NCBI GenBank assembly: GCA_041650515.1
Contig: JBAZLA010000001.1
Coordinates: forward strand, 221,866-285,865
DNA from: Patescibacteria group bacterium
GTDB taxonomy: Bacteria > Patescibacteriota > Patescibacteriia > JACRDY01
Direction: 5' to 3'
DNA: 64,000 nucleotides
Shown: positions 44,107-53,175 of the stretch, piece by piece
How positions within the stretch are numbered: position 1 is the stretch's first letter
How the letters are laid out: each line of letters starts with the position of its first letter
Translations under genes and position numbers: made by a program
Notes under the pieces: generated by a model
Seen by the model: the letters and a program-made list of their open reading frames with translations, nothing else
Databases searched by the model: none
What the model was told of the DNA's origin: nothing

Positions 44107-44670
44107 TTATTTATTTATAGTGGTATTAATTACATAGTTGTAAGCTTTTTGGGCTAGTCGGATGTTTTTAGCTGCCAGCTCTTTATTTTTTTCGTTGAAT
44201 TTTTCACTGATGGCTTGTTCTAAAGCTTTCAGACTAATTAGATTAGTGGCCGCGGCAAAAGCGCCTAATAAAGCGGTATTAATAATCGGTTTACCCAGGA
44301 TTTCTAGAGCTAGGCTAGTGGCTGGAATAGTAAAAACTTTAATATTTTTTGATAGGTTAAGGTTGTTTAGTTCTTTTTCGGAATTGATAATGACTATAGC
44401 TTGTTGTTTGATCCCATTTAGAGTACGCGGGTCGCTAATAAGGCTAGGATCCTGGATAATTAAAAAATCAGGTTGATAAATTTGGCTGCGGAGGCTGATT
44501 GGCTGGTCGCTGATTCGGCAATAGGCTTCGACTGGCGCGCCTTGTCGTTCGACACCAAAAAAAGGAAAAGCCTGAGCGTATTTATTTTGGTGGAAGGCAG
44601 CGATCGCGATTAGCTCAGCGGCGGTCACCACGCCTTGGCCACCCCGGCCATGAAGACGAACCTCGATCAT
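44107..44670 (-). CDS. porG: Pyruvate/2-oxoacid:ferredoxin oxidoreductase gamma subunit
   Basis: 187 aa; MIEVRLHGRGGQGVVTAAELIAIAAF…GVERQGAPV is the POR gamma signature. Confidence 0.8.
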   Translation of the reverse strand: MIEVRLHGRGGQGVVTAAELIAIAAFHQNKYAQAFPFFGVERQGAPVEAYCRISDQPISLRSQIYQPDFLIIQDPSLISDPRTLNGIKQQAIVIINSEKELNNLNLSKNIKVFTIPATSLALEILGKPIINTALLGAFAAATNLISLKALEQAISEKFNEKNKELAAKNIRLAQKAYNYVINTTINK

Positions 44671-44675
44671 AAGAT

Positions 44676-45443
44676 TTATTTAGCTTGTTGTAGTAAGTAG
44701 TTAATCGCCTCGCGCCAGCTAGCCAAAGTCTGGAAACCGGTCACTTTTTCGTTGTTGACAAAGAAGGTGGGTGTGCCGGCTGCGCCAGCCTGGTAAGCAG
44801 CGTTCAGGTCTTGGCTAATTTCGTTTTTGTATTTTTGACTATCGAGACATTGGTTAAAACGGCCGGTATCCAGTTGGGTCGCGGCGGCTAAACTTTTAAT
44901 TAGGTCGGTAGTTAGTTGTTCTTGGTTATCAAACATTTTGTCATGGAGGGACCAGAAAAAGACATCGCCCTGTTCCTTGGCGCATTGGCCGGCCAGGGCG
45001 GCGGTAATAGACATCTCGCTGACAATTGGGAAATCACGGAAAATAATCCGAATATCGCGAGGATAGAGTAAGTAGAGTTGCTTAATGATTGGATAGGATT
45101 GTTTACAGACTGGGCAGGTAAAATCAGCAAATTCCACAATAGTGATGGTGGCGGTTGTATTACCAAGCATCGGGTCGTCGTCAGTAGCAACATTAATCAA
45201 ACCTGGCTGGTTGGTTGACGACTGGCCAGTTAGTTGCTCCCAGTTGATTTGGCCTTGTTTATATTTGGAGAGGAGGTCGAGCGTCTGAAAAGCAACTGCC
45301 AGGCCAAAGGCCAAAACCAGCATTAAAACTATCAACAGCGGTATTTTCCACCACTTGGTTGGTTTTTTAGGTCTTAGTTGATAGGCTGGTGGTGTTGTTT
45401 GATCCAGACTAGGCATATAGGGTATTATAGCGGAAAAAGTCAT
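44676..45443 (-). CDS. DsbA-family thiol:disulfide oxidoreductase (membrane-anchored)
   Basis: 255 aa; N-terminal TM; thioredoxin-fold CxxC (FADFTCPVCKQSYP). Confidence 0.75.
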   Translation of the reverse strand: MTFSAIIPYMPSLDQTTPPAYQLRPKKPTKWWKIPLLIVLMLVLAFGLAVAFQTLDLLSKYKQGQINWEQLTGQSSTNQPGLINVATDDDPMLGNTTATITIVEFADFTCPVCKQSYPIIKQLYLLYPRDIRIIFRDFPIVSEMSITAALAGQCAKEQGDVFFWSLHDKMFDNQEQLTTDLIKSLAAATQLDTGRFNQCLDSQKYKNEISQDLNAAYQAGAAGTPTFFVNNEKVTGFQTLASWREAINYLLQQAK

Positions 45444-45534
45444 ATTTTAAAATCATCATTTGTTAGTAACATCATTTGCGATTGACAAAAAAATCGTTTT
45501 GTAATAGACTAGGGGGTAGTTTTTACTCTTATTT

Positions 45535-45747
45535 ATGGTTATTCTCTCAATCATCCAAGTTATTTTAGCGGTTTTGTTGGTTATTGCGATTCTACTCCAG
45601 AATCGTGGTGCTGGTATGGGCGCGGTTTTTGGTGGTGAAGGTAATGTCTATAAGACCAAACGCGGCGCCGAAAAAATCCTTTTTTGGTCAACCGTTGTTC
45701 TGTCAGTCGCTTTTTTGGTCGTTGCTTTATTAAACGTAATTTTATAG
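45535..45747 (+). CDS. secG: Preprotein translocase subunit SecG
   Basis: 70 aa; ILAVLLVIAILLQNRGAGMGAVFGG matches the SecG signature; 2 TM. Confidence 0.85.
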   Translation: MVILSIIQVILAVLLVIAILLQNRGAGMGAVFGGEGNVYKTKRGAEKILFWSTVVLSVAFLVVALLNVIL

Positions 45748-45790
45748 TTTTTAAGATAGCCTCTTTCTTCTCTTATTATTTTATTGCTCT

Positions 45791-47797
45791 GTGCCAGAAA
45801 ACAGCACTCCGACAGGTGAAATAGATAACGCTAAAAAGACAATCAAGAAAAAAGATTTTTTTTCTCTTTTTAAACGTCATCGACAATCAACTGAGGAGGA
45901 AAAACTAATGGAAAAACAAAAGCAAAAATCCGATCTTGATCGGCAGTTAGTTTTTGGTTTAACGAATCAGGCCAAAAAATCGGTTCCGACCTGGCAACAG
46001 ATTAAATATCTAAGTAAGGTTTTGAGTTTTAAAGAGAAGAAGGCTATTAAGATTTCAGTTATTATCATTATCTTCGCCGCTGTTTTCTTGGCCGTCAGTT
46101 TTTACTTCTTTTCTCTTAAACTGGTGCCGGCTTTTGGTGGGGAATATTCTGAAGGACTAGTCGGTAGCCCGAGATACATTAATCCAATTCTAGCCCAGAC
46201 CAATGATGTAGATATGGACCTGGCGGCAGTGATTTTTTCTGGTTTGATGAGACGTAACCAGAGTCAAGAGCTGCAGCCCGACTTGGTGGGCAGCTATCAG
46301 ATTTCTGAGGATCAGAAAGAATATACGTTTATTTTAAAAGAGGGGATCAAGTGGCACGATGGTCAGCCAGTGACCGTTGAGGATATTCTGTTTACCTTTG
46401 ATTTAATTAAGGACCAAGAAGTCGCCTCTCCTTTAGCGGTCAGTTTTAAAGGGGTTAGTATTGAGCAAATCGATGAATTAAGTTTTAAGTTTGTTCTATC
46501 CGAACCATTTACACCTTTTCTTAGTACTTTGACCTTTGGTATTTTACCTAAACATCTTTGGCAAGAGATCGATCCGGCCAACCTTCGTTTGGCTGATCTA
46601 AATCTTAAACCGATTGGTTGTGGTCCGTTCAAATTTTATTCTTTAAAAAAAGATAGTCTTGGTGAGATTAAGTCAATTGTTTTAAACCGTTATGATGATT
46701 ATCATTTTGGTCGAGCTTATCTAGATCAAATCACTTTTAAGTTTTATCCCGATCTTGGCTCGATTGAGCAAGCTTTGGTTAATAAAAACGTTCAAGGTGT
46801 AAGCTATTTGCCAAAAGAAGCTAAAGATAAAATTTTTGATAAGGGGTTGGATTCGGCTAAGGGTTATCATCTTTATCCTCTAAATTTTCCACAATATACC
46901 GCTGTTTTCTTTAATCAAAAAAATAGTGAAGTTCTGCAAGACAAAAATATTCGCCAGGCTCTCGCTCAAGCGACCGACCGATCGCGATTAGTTTGGCAAA
47001 CCCTTAGTGGTGACGCCGTGATTATTGATGGGCCGATTTTGCCGGGCTTTATTGGTTACTATCCCGAGATTAAAAAATATGACTATTTGCCGGAAGCGGC
47101 GGCGGCCTTATTAGATCAAGCTAAGTGGCAAGCGATTAGTCCCAATGATTTTATTACTTGGCAGCGGCAGCAGGAGAAGGCTAGTCTACCCGCCGACAGC
47201 GAGTACATTGATCAGAGCGATGAGGAGCGGTTAGCTGCGTTGGGTGGCCAGGAGTATTTTAGAAAAAAAGGTGACAAAATTTTAGAAATTACTCTGACCC
47301 TAGTTGATCGGGCCGAGAATGTCGAGGTGGCTAAAGTTATCCAAGAAAATTGGCAGATGATCGGCATACGAACAATTTTAAATATTGTACCAGCCGATAA
47401 TATTCGTAAAGATGTTATTAAACCACGTAATTATCAGGCTTTGATCTATGGTGAGATTGTTGGTGCGGATCCAGATCCTTATCCCTTTTGGCATTCTTCA
47501 CAGAATGTTGACCCAGGATTGAATTTAGCTATTTTTACTGATCGTCGGGTGGATAATTACATCGAAGCGGCTCGTCAGACCAGTGATACTAGTAAGCAGG
47601 AAGAAAATTACAAAAAATTTCAAGACATTTTAGCTGAGGAACTGCCAGCAATTTTTCTCTATAGCCCGACTTATAACTATGTTTTAAGTGAGCAGGTTAG
47701 AGGATTTAGCGTAGAGAATATTTCTAAACCGTCGGATAGGTTGGTTGATTTGACTCAGCGCTATATCAAAACTAAGCGGGTTTGGTCATCGAACTAA
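45791..47797 (+). CDS. ABC-type substrate-binding protein, family 5 (peptide/nickel-like), N-terminally membrane-anchored, orphan
   Basis: 668 aa; Lys-rich N-terminus plus TM; long SBP-5-like domain; no permease or ATPase adjacent. Confidence 0.65.
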   Translation: MPENSTPTGEIDNAKKTIKKKDFFSLFKRHRQSTEEEKLMEKQKQKSDLDRQLVFGLTNQAKKSVPTWQQIKYLSKVLSFKEKKAIKISVIIIIFAAVFLAVSFYFFSLKLVPAFGGEYSEGLVGSPRYINPILAQTNDVDMDLAAVIFSGLMRRNQSQELQPDLVGSYQISEDQKEYTFILKEGIKWHDGQPVTVEDILFTFDLIKDQEVASPLAVSFKGVSIEQIDELSFKFVLSEPFTPFLSTLTFGILPKHLWQEIDPANLRLADLNLKPIGCGPFKFYSLKKDSLGEIKSIVLNRYDDYHFGRAYLDQITFKFYPDLGSIEQALVNKNVQGVSYLPKEAKDKIFDKGLDSAKGYHLYPLNFPQYTAVFFNQKNSEVLQDKNIRQALAQATDRSRLVWQTLSGDAVIIDGPILPGFIGYYPEIKKYDYLPEAAAALLDQAKWQAISPNDFITWQRQQEKASLPADSEYIDQSDEERLAALGGQEYFRKKGDKILEITLTLVDRAENVEVAKVIQENWQMIGIRTILNIVPADNIRKDVIKPRNYQALIYGEIVGADPDPYPFWHSSQNVDPGLNLAIFTDRRVDNYIEAARQTSDTSKQEENYKKFQDILAEELPAIFLYSPTYNYVLSEQVRGFSVENISKPSDRLVDLTQRYIKTKRVWSSN

Positions 47798-47885
47798 AAA
47801 TTTTGTCCCAAGTATATTAGTTAGATGGTATTTGGTGGTTGGGTTTTAGTGATGGAGAATTGTGGAATTATCCGTCAACGCCTAC

Positions 47886-47967
47886 GCCGGTGTGGTGAAA
47901 TTGGTATACACGCACCGTTCAGGTCGGTGTGCCGTAAGGCGTGGAGGTTCGAGTCCTCTCACCGGCA
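47886..47967 (+). tRNA. tRNA-Leu (anticodon CAG), long variable arm, no encoded CCA
   Basis: Acceptor GCCGGTG/CACCGGC; anticodon stem CACCG/CGGTG with loop TTCAGGT; variable stem-loop GCCGTAAGGCGT; T-loop TTCGAGT; D-arm nearly identical to that of tRNA-Leu(TAA). Confidence 0.85.
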
Positions 47968-48128
47968 TAGACGTTGGTGGTGAACAAGCACTGTTGGTAG
48001 TGCCGTAATTGCAAGGCCGTAAAATTCCTCATCCTCTCCTGGGTAATTTATGCAAAGGAGTTATAAATTATGAAGTTGGTAGTTATAGATTGTTTGACTT
48101 TCGGCTTTATAATCTTATAATTTTTACT

Positions 48129-49928
48129 ATGGATCACAAACAAAAAACCCAAAAAGGGGCCAAGATTGACCACAAATTTTTAACTTCGCCAGCTTTAACA
48201 ATTGGCGATCGGCGGAGTTTTAATCTAGCGACTAAGGCTCTAGCTAACGCCGAGAAGAATTCTCGTGAAAAACTTAGAGTTATTCCTCTGGGCGGTATGG
48301 AAGAAGTCGGTCGTAATATGATGGTTTTGGAATATAATGACGACATTATTATTATTGACATGGGACTGCAGTTTCCTGAGGAAGATATGCCGGGGATTGA
48401 CTATATCATCCCTAATATCAGCTACTTGCGTGATAAGGTCAATAAAATTAGGGGAGTAATTATTACTCACGGTCATTACGATCATATTGGCGCGGTGCCT
48501 CATTTGATTGGTCAGTTGGGCAACCCAGTAATCTATACTGGGGCTTTAACGGCGGGTATCTTGAGAAAACGTCAAGAAGATTATCGTGGCGCGCCTAAAT
48601 TAAACCTAGCACAGATTGATGAGCGTTCCAAAATTAAACTGGGTCGGTCATTTCGGATAGAATTTTTTCGGGTCAATCATAATATTCCGGATAGTTTTGG
48701 TGTAGTGATCAAAACGCCGATTGGTACGATAGTGCATACTGGCGATTTTAAATTTGATGAAAATCCGGTTCATGATAAGCCGATTGATTTTAACCGGCTT
48801 AAAACTATCGCTAGAGATAAGATCTTGTTATTGATGTCGGATAGCACTAACGCCGAACATCCTGGCCACCAGCTTTCCGAAAGCCAGGTGGGGGTTGAGC
48901 TCTCGACTATATTAGCTGAGGCCAAGGGTCGGATTATTGCTGGTACCTTTGCTTCTAATCTATCGCGCGTCCAACTTTTGGTTGCCTTAGCCGAAGAGCA
49001 CGGCCGAAAAGTTTTAATTGAGGGTCGTAGTTTAAATGATAACTTAGAAATCGTTAGAGATTTGGGGTATACCAAAATAAAAAAGAATACGATTGTCAGC
49101 TGGCACGAAGCTAAAGATTTGCCCGATAATAAATTATTGATTATTTGTACTGGGGCCCAAGGTGAAAAAAATGCGGTTTTAATGCGCTTAGCCAACATGG
49201 AACATAAATATTTAAAACTTAAGAAGGGTGATACGATCATTTTTTCTTCTTCGGTTATTCCTGGTAATGAGCGAACGGTCCAGAGTCTTAAAGACACATT
49301 GTATCGTCACGGCGCTAAGGTTATTCATTATCAAATGATGGACATTCATGCTGGTGGCCATGCTAAACAGGAAGATCTAAAAAAACTGATCAATATCTTC
49401 CGTCCTAAGTTTTTTATGCCGATTGAAGCCAATTATTACATGTTGGTAATTCATGGCGAGGTGGCCCAACAGGCAGGAATCCCCGAGAAAAGTATTTTGA
49501 TCCCTAATAATGGCCAGATAGTAGAGATAACTAAAAATGGCGCTAAATTAAGTAGCCAGCAGGTACCCAGTGATTATGTTTTTGTGGATGGTTTGGGCGT
49601 GGGTGATATTTCGGAAATTGTTTTGCGCGACCGGCGAGTGATGGCTGAAGATGGCATGCTGGTAGTGATCGTGACGATTCGCCAAAAAACTGGCGAATTA
49701 GTGCAGAACCCCGATCTGATCTCGCGTGGTTTTATTTATATGAAGGAAAACAAGAATTTAGTTGAAGAAACCCGTAATAAAGTTAAGGTTTTACTCAAAG
49801 ATAAAGACCATCACTCACCAGCTTTTGAGAATTATCTTAAAAACAAGATCCGCAATGAGATTGGCGATTTTTTATGGAAGAAGACTAATCGTCGGCCAAT
49901 GATACTGCCGGTGCTGATTGAAGTCTAA
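48129..49928 (+). CDS. rnj: Ribonuclease J (beta-CASP metallo-beta-lactamase RNase)
   Basis: Start moved to MDHKQKTQKG (48129). MBL motif ITHGHYDHIGAVP; beta-CASP and C-terminal domains; about 600 aa. Confidence 0.9.
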   Translation: MDHKQKTQKGAKIDHKFLTSPALTIGDRRSFNLATKALANAEKNSREKLRVIPLGGMEEVGRNMMVLEYNDDIIIIDMGLQFPEEDMPGIDYIIPNISYLRDKVNKIRGVIITHGHYDHIGAVPHLIGQLGNPVIYTGALTAGILRKRQEDYRGAPKLNLAQIDERSKIKLGRSFRIEFFRVNHNIPDSFGVVIKTPIGTIVHTGDFKFDENPVHDKPIDFNRLKTIARDKILLLMSDSTNAEHPGHQLSESQVGVELSTILAEAKGRIIAGTFASNLSRVQLLVALAEEHGRKVLIEGRSLNDNLEIVRDLGYTKIKKNTIVSWHEAKDLPDNKLLIICTGAQGEKNAVLMRLANMEHKYLKLKKGDTIIFSSSVIPGNERTVQSLKDTLYRHGAKVIHYQMMDIHAGGHAKQEDLKKLINIFRPKFFMPIEANYYMLVIHGEVAQQAGIPEKSILIPNNGQIVEITKNGAKLSSQQVPSDYVFVDGLGVGDISEIVLRDRRVMAEDGMLVVIVTIRQKTGELVQNPDLISRGFIYMKENKNLVEETRNKVKVLLKDKDHHSPAFENYLKNKIRNEIGDFLWKKTNRRPMILPVLIEV

Positions 49929-50012
49929 TTAAGATAACAGGACGATAGGACGCTAGGACGGTAGGTAAATACAAATACCCGGTGGTCATATCGTCATAGT
50001 GTTCTAAATTAT

Positions 50013-50783
50013 ATGGAAATAACTATTTTAGGTTCAGGAAGCTATCAGCCAGAGCTTAGTCGGCACTCGGCTGGCTATTTGGTTCGAGCAGGCAAAAAAA
50101 ATCTAGTTTTTGATTTTGGTCGGGGAGCGGTTGACCAGCTGATGAAAGTTGGTGTTAATTATTATGATATCGACGCTATTTTTATCACTCATTTGCATTC
50201 TGACCATTGCTCTGACTTGTTAGCTGTTTTGCATATTCTACTTATTGAGCCAGCTTTCTTGTCTTTTAGAAAAAAGAAACTAGTTGTTTATGGTCCGGTA
50301 GGGTTTAATAAGGTAATGGCTAAGTTAATGGTGATATTTAATTTAACTAAGTATCGGCCACAGTATAAGATTGTTTTTAAAGAGATAAAAGATGGTCAGA
50401 GTGCTAGGATCGGCAGTTGCCAGATTAGGGGTTATAAGGTTAAACACTCGCGGACCTGGAATTGTTTAGCTTATCGGATTAGCGCCAATAAAAAAGTGTT
50501 GACCTATTCTGGTGATTCGGAGCAATGCCCGGGTTTATTAAAGGCTGCCCGAGGAGCGGATTTGGCAATTTTAGAAGCTAGCTGGCCAGAGAAATTTATT
50601 GCGGGCGGTCATATGAGCGCTAGCCAAGCAGCGGCTTTGGCTCAAAAAGCTGGAGTCAAGAGATTAGTTTTAAGCCACATGCATTCTTTTTATTTTAGAA
50701 AATATAATCCGCTGGCTGAAGCAAAAAAGAATTATCGTGATCAAGTAGTGGTTGCTAGAGATTTGATGGTAATTGATGTTTGA
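50013..50783 (+). CDS. MBL-fold metallo-hydrolase (RNase Z/ElaC-like), paralog A
   Basis: 256 aa; HxHxDH motif (ITHLHSDHC); paralogous to 53176-53952. Confidence 0.7.
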   Translation: MEITILGSGSYQPELSRHSAGYLVRAGKKNLVFDFGRGAVDQLMKVGVNYYDIDAIFITHLHSDHCSDLLAVLHILLIEPAFLSFRKKKLVVYGPVGFNKVMAKLMVIFNLTKYRPQYKIVFKEIKDGQSARIGSCQIRGYKVKHSRTWNCLAYRISANKKVLTYSGDSEQCPGLLKAARGADLAILEASWPEKFIAGGHMSASQAAALAQKAGVKRLVLSHMHSFYFRKYNPLAEAKKNYRDQVVVARDLMVIDV

Positions 50784-50825
50784 TAGTTGGGTATATTAGG
50801 ACCTAATTTTAAGACTAAAGTTATT

Positions 50826-50848
50826 ATCCCCGGATAGGGGATTTTATT
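50826..50848 (+). terminator. Rho-independent terminator (ATCCCC-GGATA-GGGGAT followed by TTT)
   Basis: Perfect 6-bp stem followed by TTTTATT after the MBL gene. Confidence 0.55.
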
Positions 50849-50849
50849 A

Positions 50850-51290
50850 TTGACAAAGAAGGTAATAAGTGTTAAGGTTAAAAATCATTTAGTGTTTTTT
50901 TTGGATCAAAAACAGGAGGTGTCTGGGATGACTACCAGGAAAGTGATTACGATCCATGCGCGCGAGCATGGCGGAACCCTGATTTTCCGGGTCTGGAACG
51001 GCCTCAAAGAGGCCTACGAGACCAATGGTTTGCCGGCGGCTGGGGTTTTCAAGTGGTTGATGGTTCAATGTATGGTTGAAAATATTCAACCTGCATCCGT
51101 CATCGATCTGCGAGACCTGGGGTTGGCTGACCTGACGCAGAAGATTACGGAGCTGTATGATCTGTGCGATGGGTTCGCCAAGCGGGCGCTCGGCATCGCT
51201 GAGCGGACCGGTGATTCGGCCGACGAGCAGGCTGACCTGCTCGATGAGGAAACCTGGCTGGACGGCCAGCCGGTGGTCGCGGCATTCTGA
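50850..51290 (+). CDS. Hypothetical protein, GC-rich (start probably MTTRKVITIH at 50928)
   Basis: 146 aa ORF; sequence after 50928 is about 60% GC, unlike flanks; GGAGG RBS before 50928; terminator at 51325. Confidence 0.5.
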   Translation: MTKKVISVKVKNHLVFFLDQKQEVSGMTTRKVITIHAREHGGTLIFRVWNGLKEAYETNGLPAAGVFKWLMVQCMVENIQPASVIDLRDLGLADLTQKITELYDLCDGFAKRALGIAERTGDSADEQADLLDEETWLDGQPVVAAF

Positions 51291-51324
51291 CGCCGCTTCC
51301 CCGTCGTCCGATTCTAGGAGGTTG

Positions 51325-51347
51325 GGCGTGCTTGCACGCCTTTTTTT
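51325..51347 (+). terminator. Rho-independent terminator (GGCGTG-CTTG-CACGCC followed by TTTTTTT)
   Basis: Perfect stem and T7 run. Confidence 0.7.
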
Positions 51348-51358
51348 ATATCAGTTAT

Positions 51359-51390
51359 CTGCTATTTGGTATCTGTTATTTGTTATTTGA
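51359..51390. repeat. Left arm of the imperfect inverted repeat flanking the four-helix-bundle gene
   Basis: CTGCTATTTGGTATCTGTTATTTGTTATTTGA is the reverse complement (with mismatches) of 51886-51920. Confidence 0.7.
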
Positions 51391-51397
51391 TTTGGTT

Positions 51398-51760
51398 TCA
51401 GCGGCGGAGGTTAAGATTAGTTCCTTTAATTAAGCCATTAATTAATTCTGGCAGCGAATTTAATTTATCAGTTATAGAATTATATTCTTTTAGACTAATT
51501 AATTCTCGGATTTTAGATTTTTCTATAAAGTCTTTGGTCTCAGCGACAGAACCACGGGCGTAGATATAAAATAATATCTTGTCCTTTTTATAATATCGGA
51601 ACCAACCTTCAGCTATGTTGCTCGATATAGAATCAGCCGACCTAATTAGCTGCTTGCCGATAGTGTCTTTAGCTAAGTAATCCCAGCGGCTGACGATATT
51701 CCAAATATCATTAGCCAACTCAAAACCCAAGATATAGGCATAATGTTCTTCTAATTTCAT
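51398..51760 (-). CDS. Four-helix-bundle protein (TIGR02436, 23S rRNA intervening-sequence protein family; Avd-like)
   Basis: 120 aa; LIRSADSISSNIAEGWFRYYKKDKILFYIYARGSVAETKDFIEK matches the family signature. Confidence 0.75.
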   Translation of the reverse strand: MKLEEHYAYILGFELANDIWNIVSRWDYLAKDTIGKQLIRSADSISSNIAEGWFRYYKKDKILFYIYARGSVAETKDFIEKSKIRELISLKEYNSITDKLNSLPELINGLIKGTNLNLRR

Positions 51761-51885
51761 ATATTTTAAGTGTGTATTATTGATTATTAAATAAATCTAA
51801 AATTTTATACTCAGCTTGAATAAGCGGTAAAATAATGATATTATAAAGGCATTAGTAAGTCAGCAAATAATCAAAATTCAGGTAT

Positions 51886-51920
51886 CAAATAGCAAATACC
51901 AAATAGCAAATACCAAATAA
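51886..51920. repeat. Right arm of the inverted repeat (tandem AAATAGCAAATACC units)
   Basis: CAAATAGCAAATACCAAATAGCAAATACCAAATAA; ends 3 nt before the trpS ATG. Confidence 0.7.
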
Positions 51921-51923
51921 TCT

Positions 51924-52907
51924 ATGGCTAAAAAACCAATTATTCTATCCGGTATCCAACCCAGTGGCGAGCTGCATATTGGCAATTATTTAGGTTCGCT
52001 CAAAAATTTTGTTGAGCTGCAGAATAGTGGGGATTATGACTGCTATTTTTTTGTGGCTGATCTGCACGCCATGACCGAGAATTATAATCCGTTGGAGTTG
52101 GCTAAAAAGACGCGCGGCGTAGTTCTTGACTATTTAGCGGCTGGTTTAGATCCGAAAAAATCAACTATTTTTATCCAATCGCAAGTGGTTGGCCATACTG
52201 AGTTGGCTTGGATTTTTAACACACTGTCACCAATGGGCGAGCTAGAGCGAATGACTCAGTATAAAGATAAGGCCGCGCGGCAGAAAGAGAATGTTAATGT
52301 TGGTTTATTTGTTTATCCGGTCTTACAAGCGGCGGATATTTTAATGTATCACGGTGAGCTGGTGCCAGTTGGTTATGATCAGTTACAGCACGTGGAGTTA
52401 ACCCGGAGCGAGGCGCGTTGGTTTAATAATAAATACGGCCAGACTTTTATTGAACCAAAACCATTATTAACTAAAACGCCTAAGATAATGAGTTTATTAG
52501 ATCCAGAAAAAAAAATGTCCAAGAGTTTGGGCCCTGGGCACTATATTGGTATTAATGAATCGCCGGTGGAGATTAAACAAAAATTAAAACGAGCCGTATC
52601 TGACGAGGGTCATGGCAATTCAGCTGGCGGTAAAAATTTGTTGTTGCTTTTGGAAAATTTTTCGCCCAAAGAAATAGTCAGTCACTTTCAGACTCAGCAA
52701 AAACAGGGTCAAATAAAATTCGGCGAGCTAAAAGAGCGCCTGGCTGATGATATTGCTAATTATTTTGCACCCTTTAGGGACAAGCGTCAGGAGCTAGAAA
52801 AAGATAAAAAACAGGTTGATTTGGTTATTAGCGGGGGAAATAAGAAAGCTCAGGTGGTAGCTGATAAAACCATTATTGAGGTGAAGAAGAAGGTTGGACT
52901 AATATAG
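51924..52907 (+). CDS. trpS: Tryptophan--tRNA ligase
   Basis: 327 aa; class I HIGH motif (GELHIGNYLG) and KMSKS; TrpS-like length. Confidence 0.9.
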   Translation: MAKKPIILSGIQPSGELHIGNYLGSLKNFVELQNSGDYDCYFFVADLHAMTENYNPLELAKKTRGVVLDYLAAGLDPKKSTIFIQSQVVGHTELAWIFNTLSPMGELERMTQYKDKAARQKENVNVGLFVYPVLQAADILMYHGELVPVGYDQLQHVELTRSEARWFNNKYGQTFIEPKPLLTKTPKIMSLLDPEKKMSKSLGPGHYIGINESPVEIKQKLKRAVSDEGHGNSAGGKNLLLLLENFSPKEIVSHFQTQQKQGQIKFGELKERLADDIANYFAPFRDKRQELEKDKKQVDLVISGGNKKAQVVADKTIIEVKKKVGLI

Positions 52908-52911
52908 ACAT

Positions 52912-53169
52912 ATGACAAAAAACAGAAAAATTGGGTTGGCTATAATTTTTATTCCATTAGCTATTATTTTTATATTATATTTAATTTATATTGTGGTGCC
53001 ATCTTGTGTCGAACCAACTTATTTACCAAACCAGGGATATACCTGTGCCAGCATAGGAGATACTGTGAAGTTTTTTATATTTTTAATGATATTTATTATT
53101 TGGATAATCTTAGGTGTACCGTTAGGAATTTATCTGATATTTAGGAAAAATAAACCATCAGTTAAGTGA
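52912..53169 (+). CDS. Small 2-TM membrane protein
   Basis: 85 aa; two hydrophobic helices. Confidence 0.45.
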   Translation: MTKNRKIGLAIIFIPLAIIFILYLIYIVVPSCVEPTYLPNQGYTCASIGDTVKFFIFLMIFIIWIILGVPLGIYLIFRKNKPSVK

Positions 53170-53175
53170 TTTTAT

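Noticed and set aside
51300-51925. Complete diversity-generating retroelement around the Avd-like four-helix-bundle gene
   Set aside because: No reverse transcriptase ORF and no template/variable repeat pair could be found in the window. Only the accessory-like gene with flanking inverted repeats is present.
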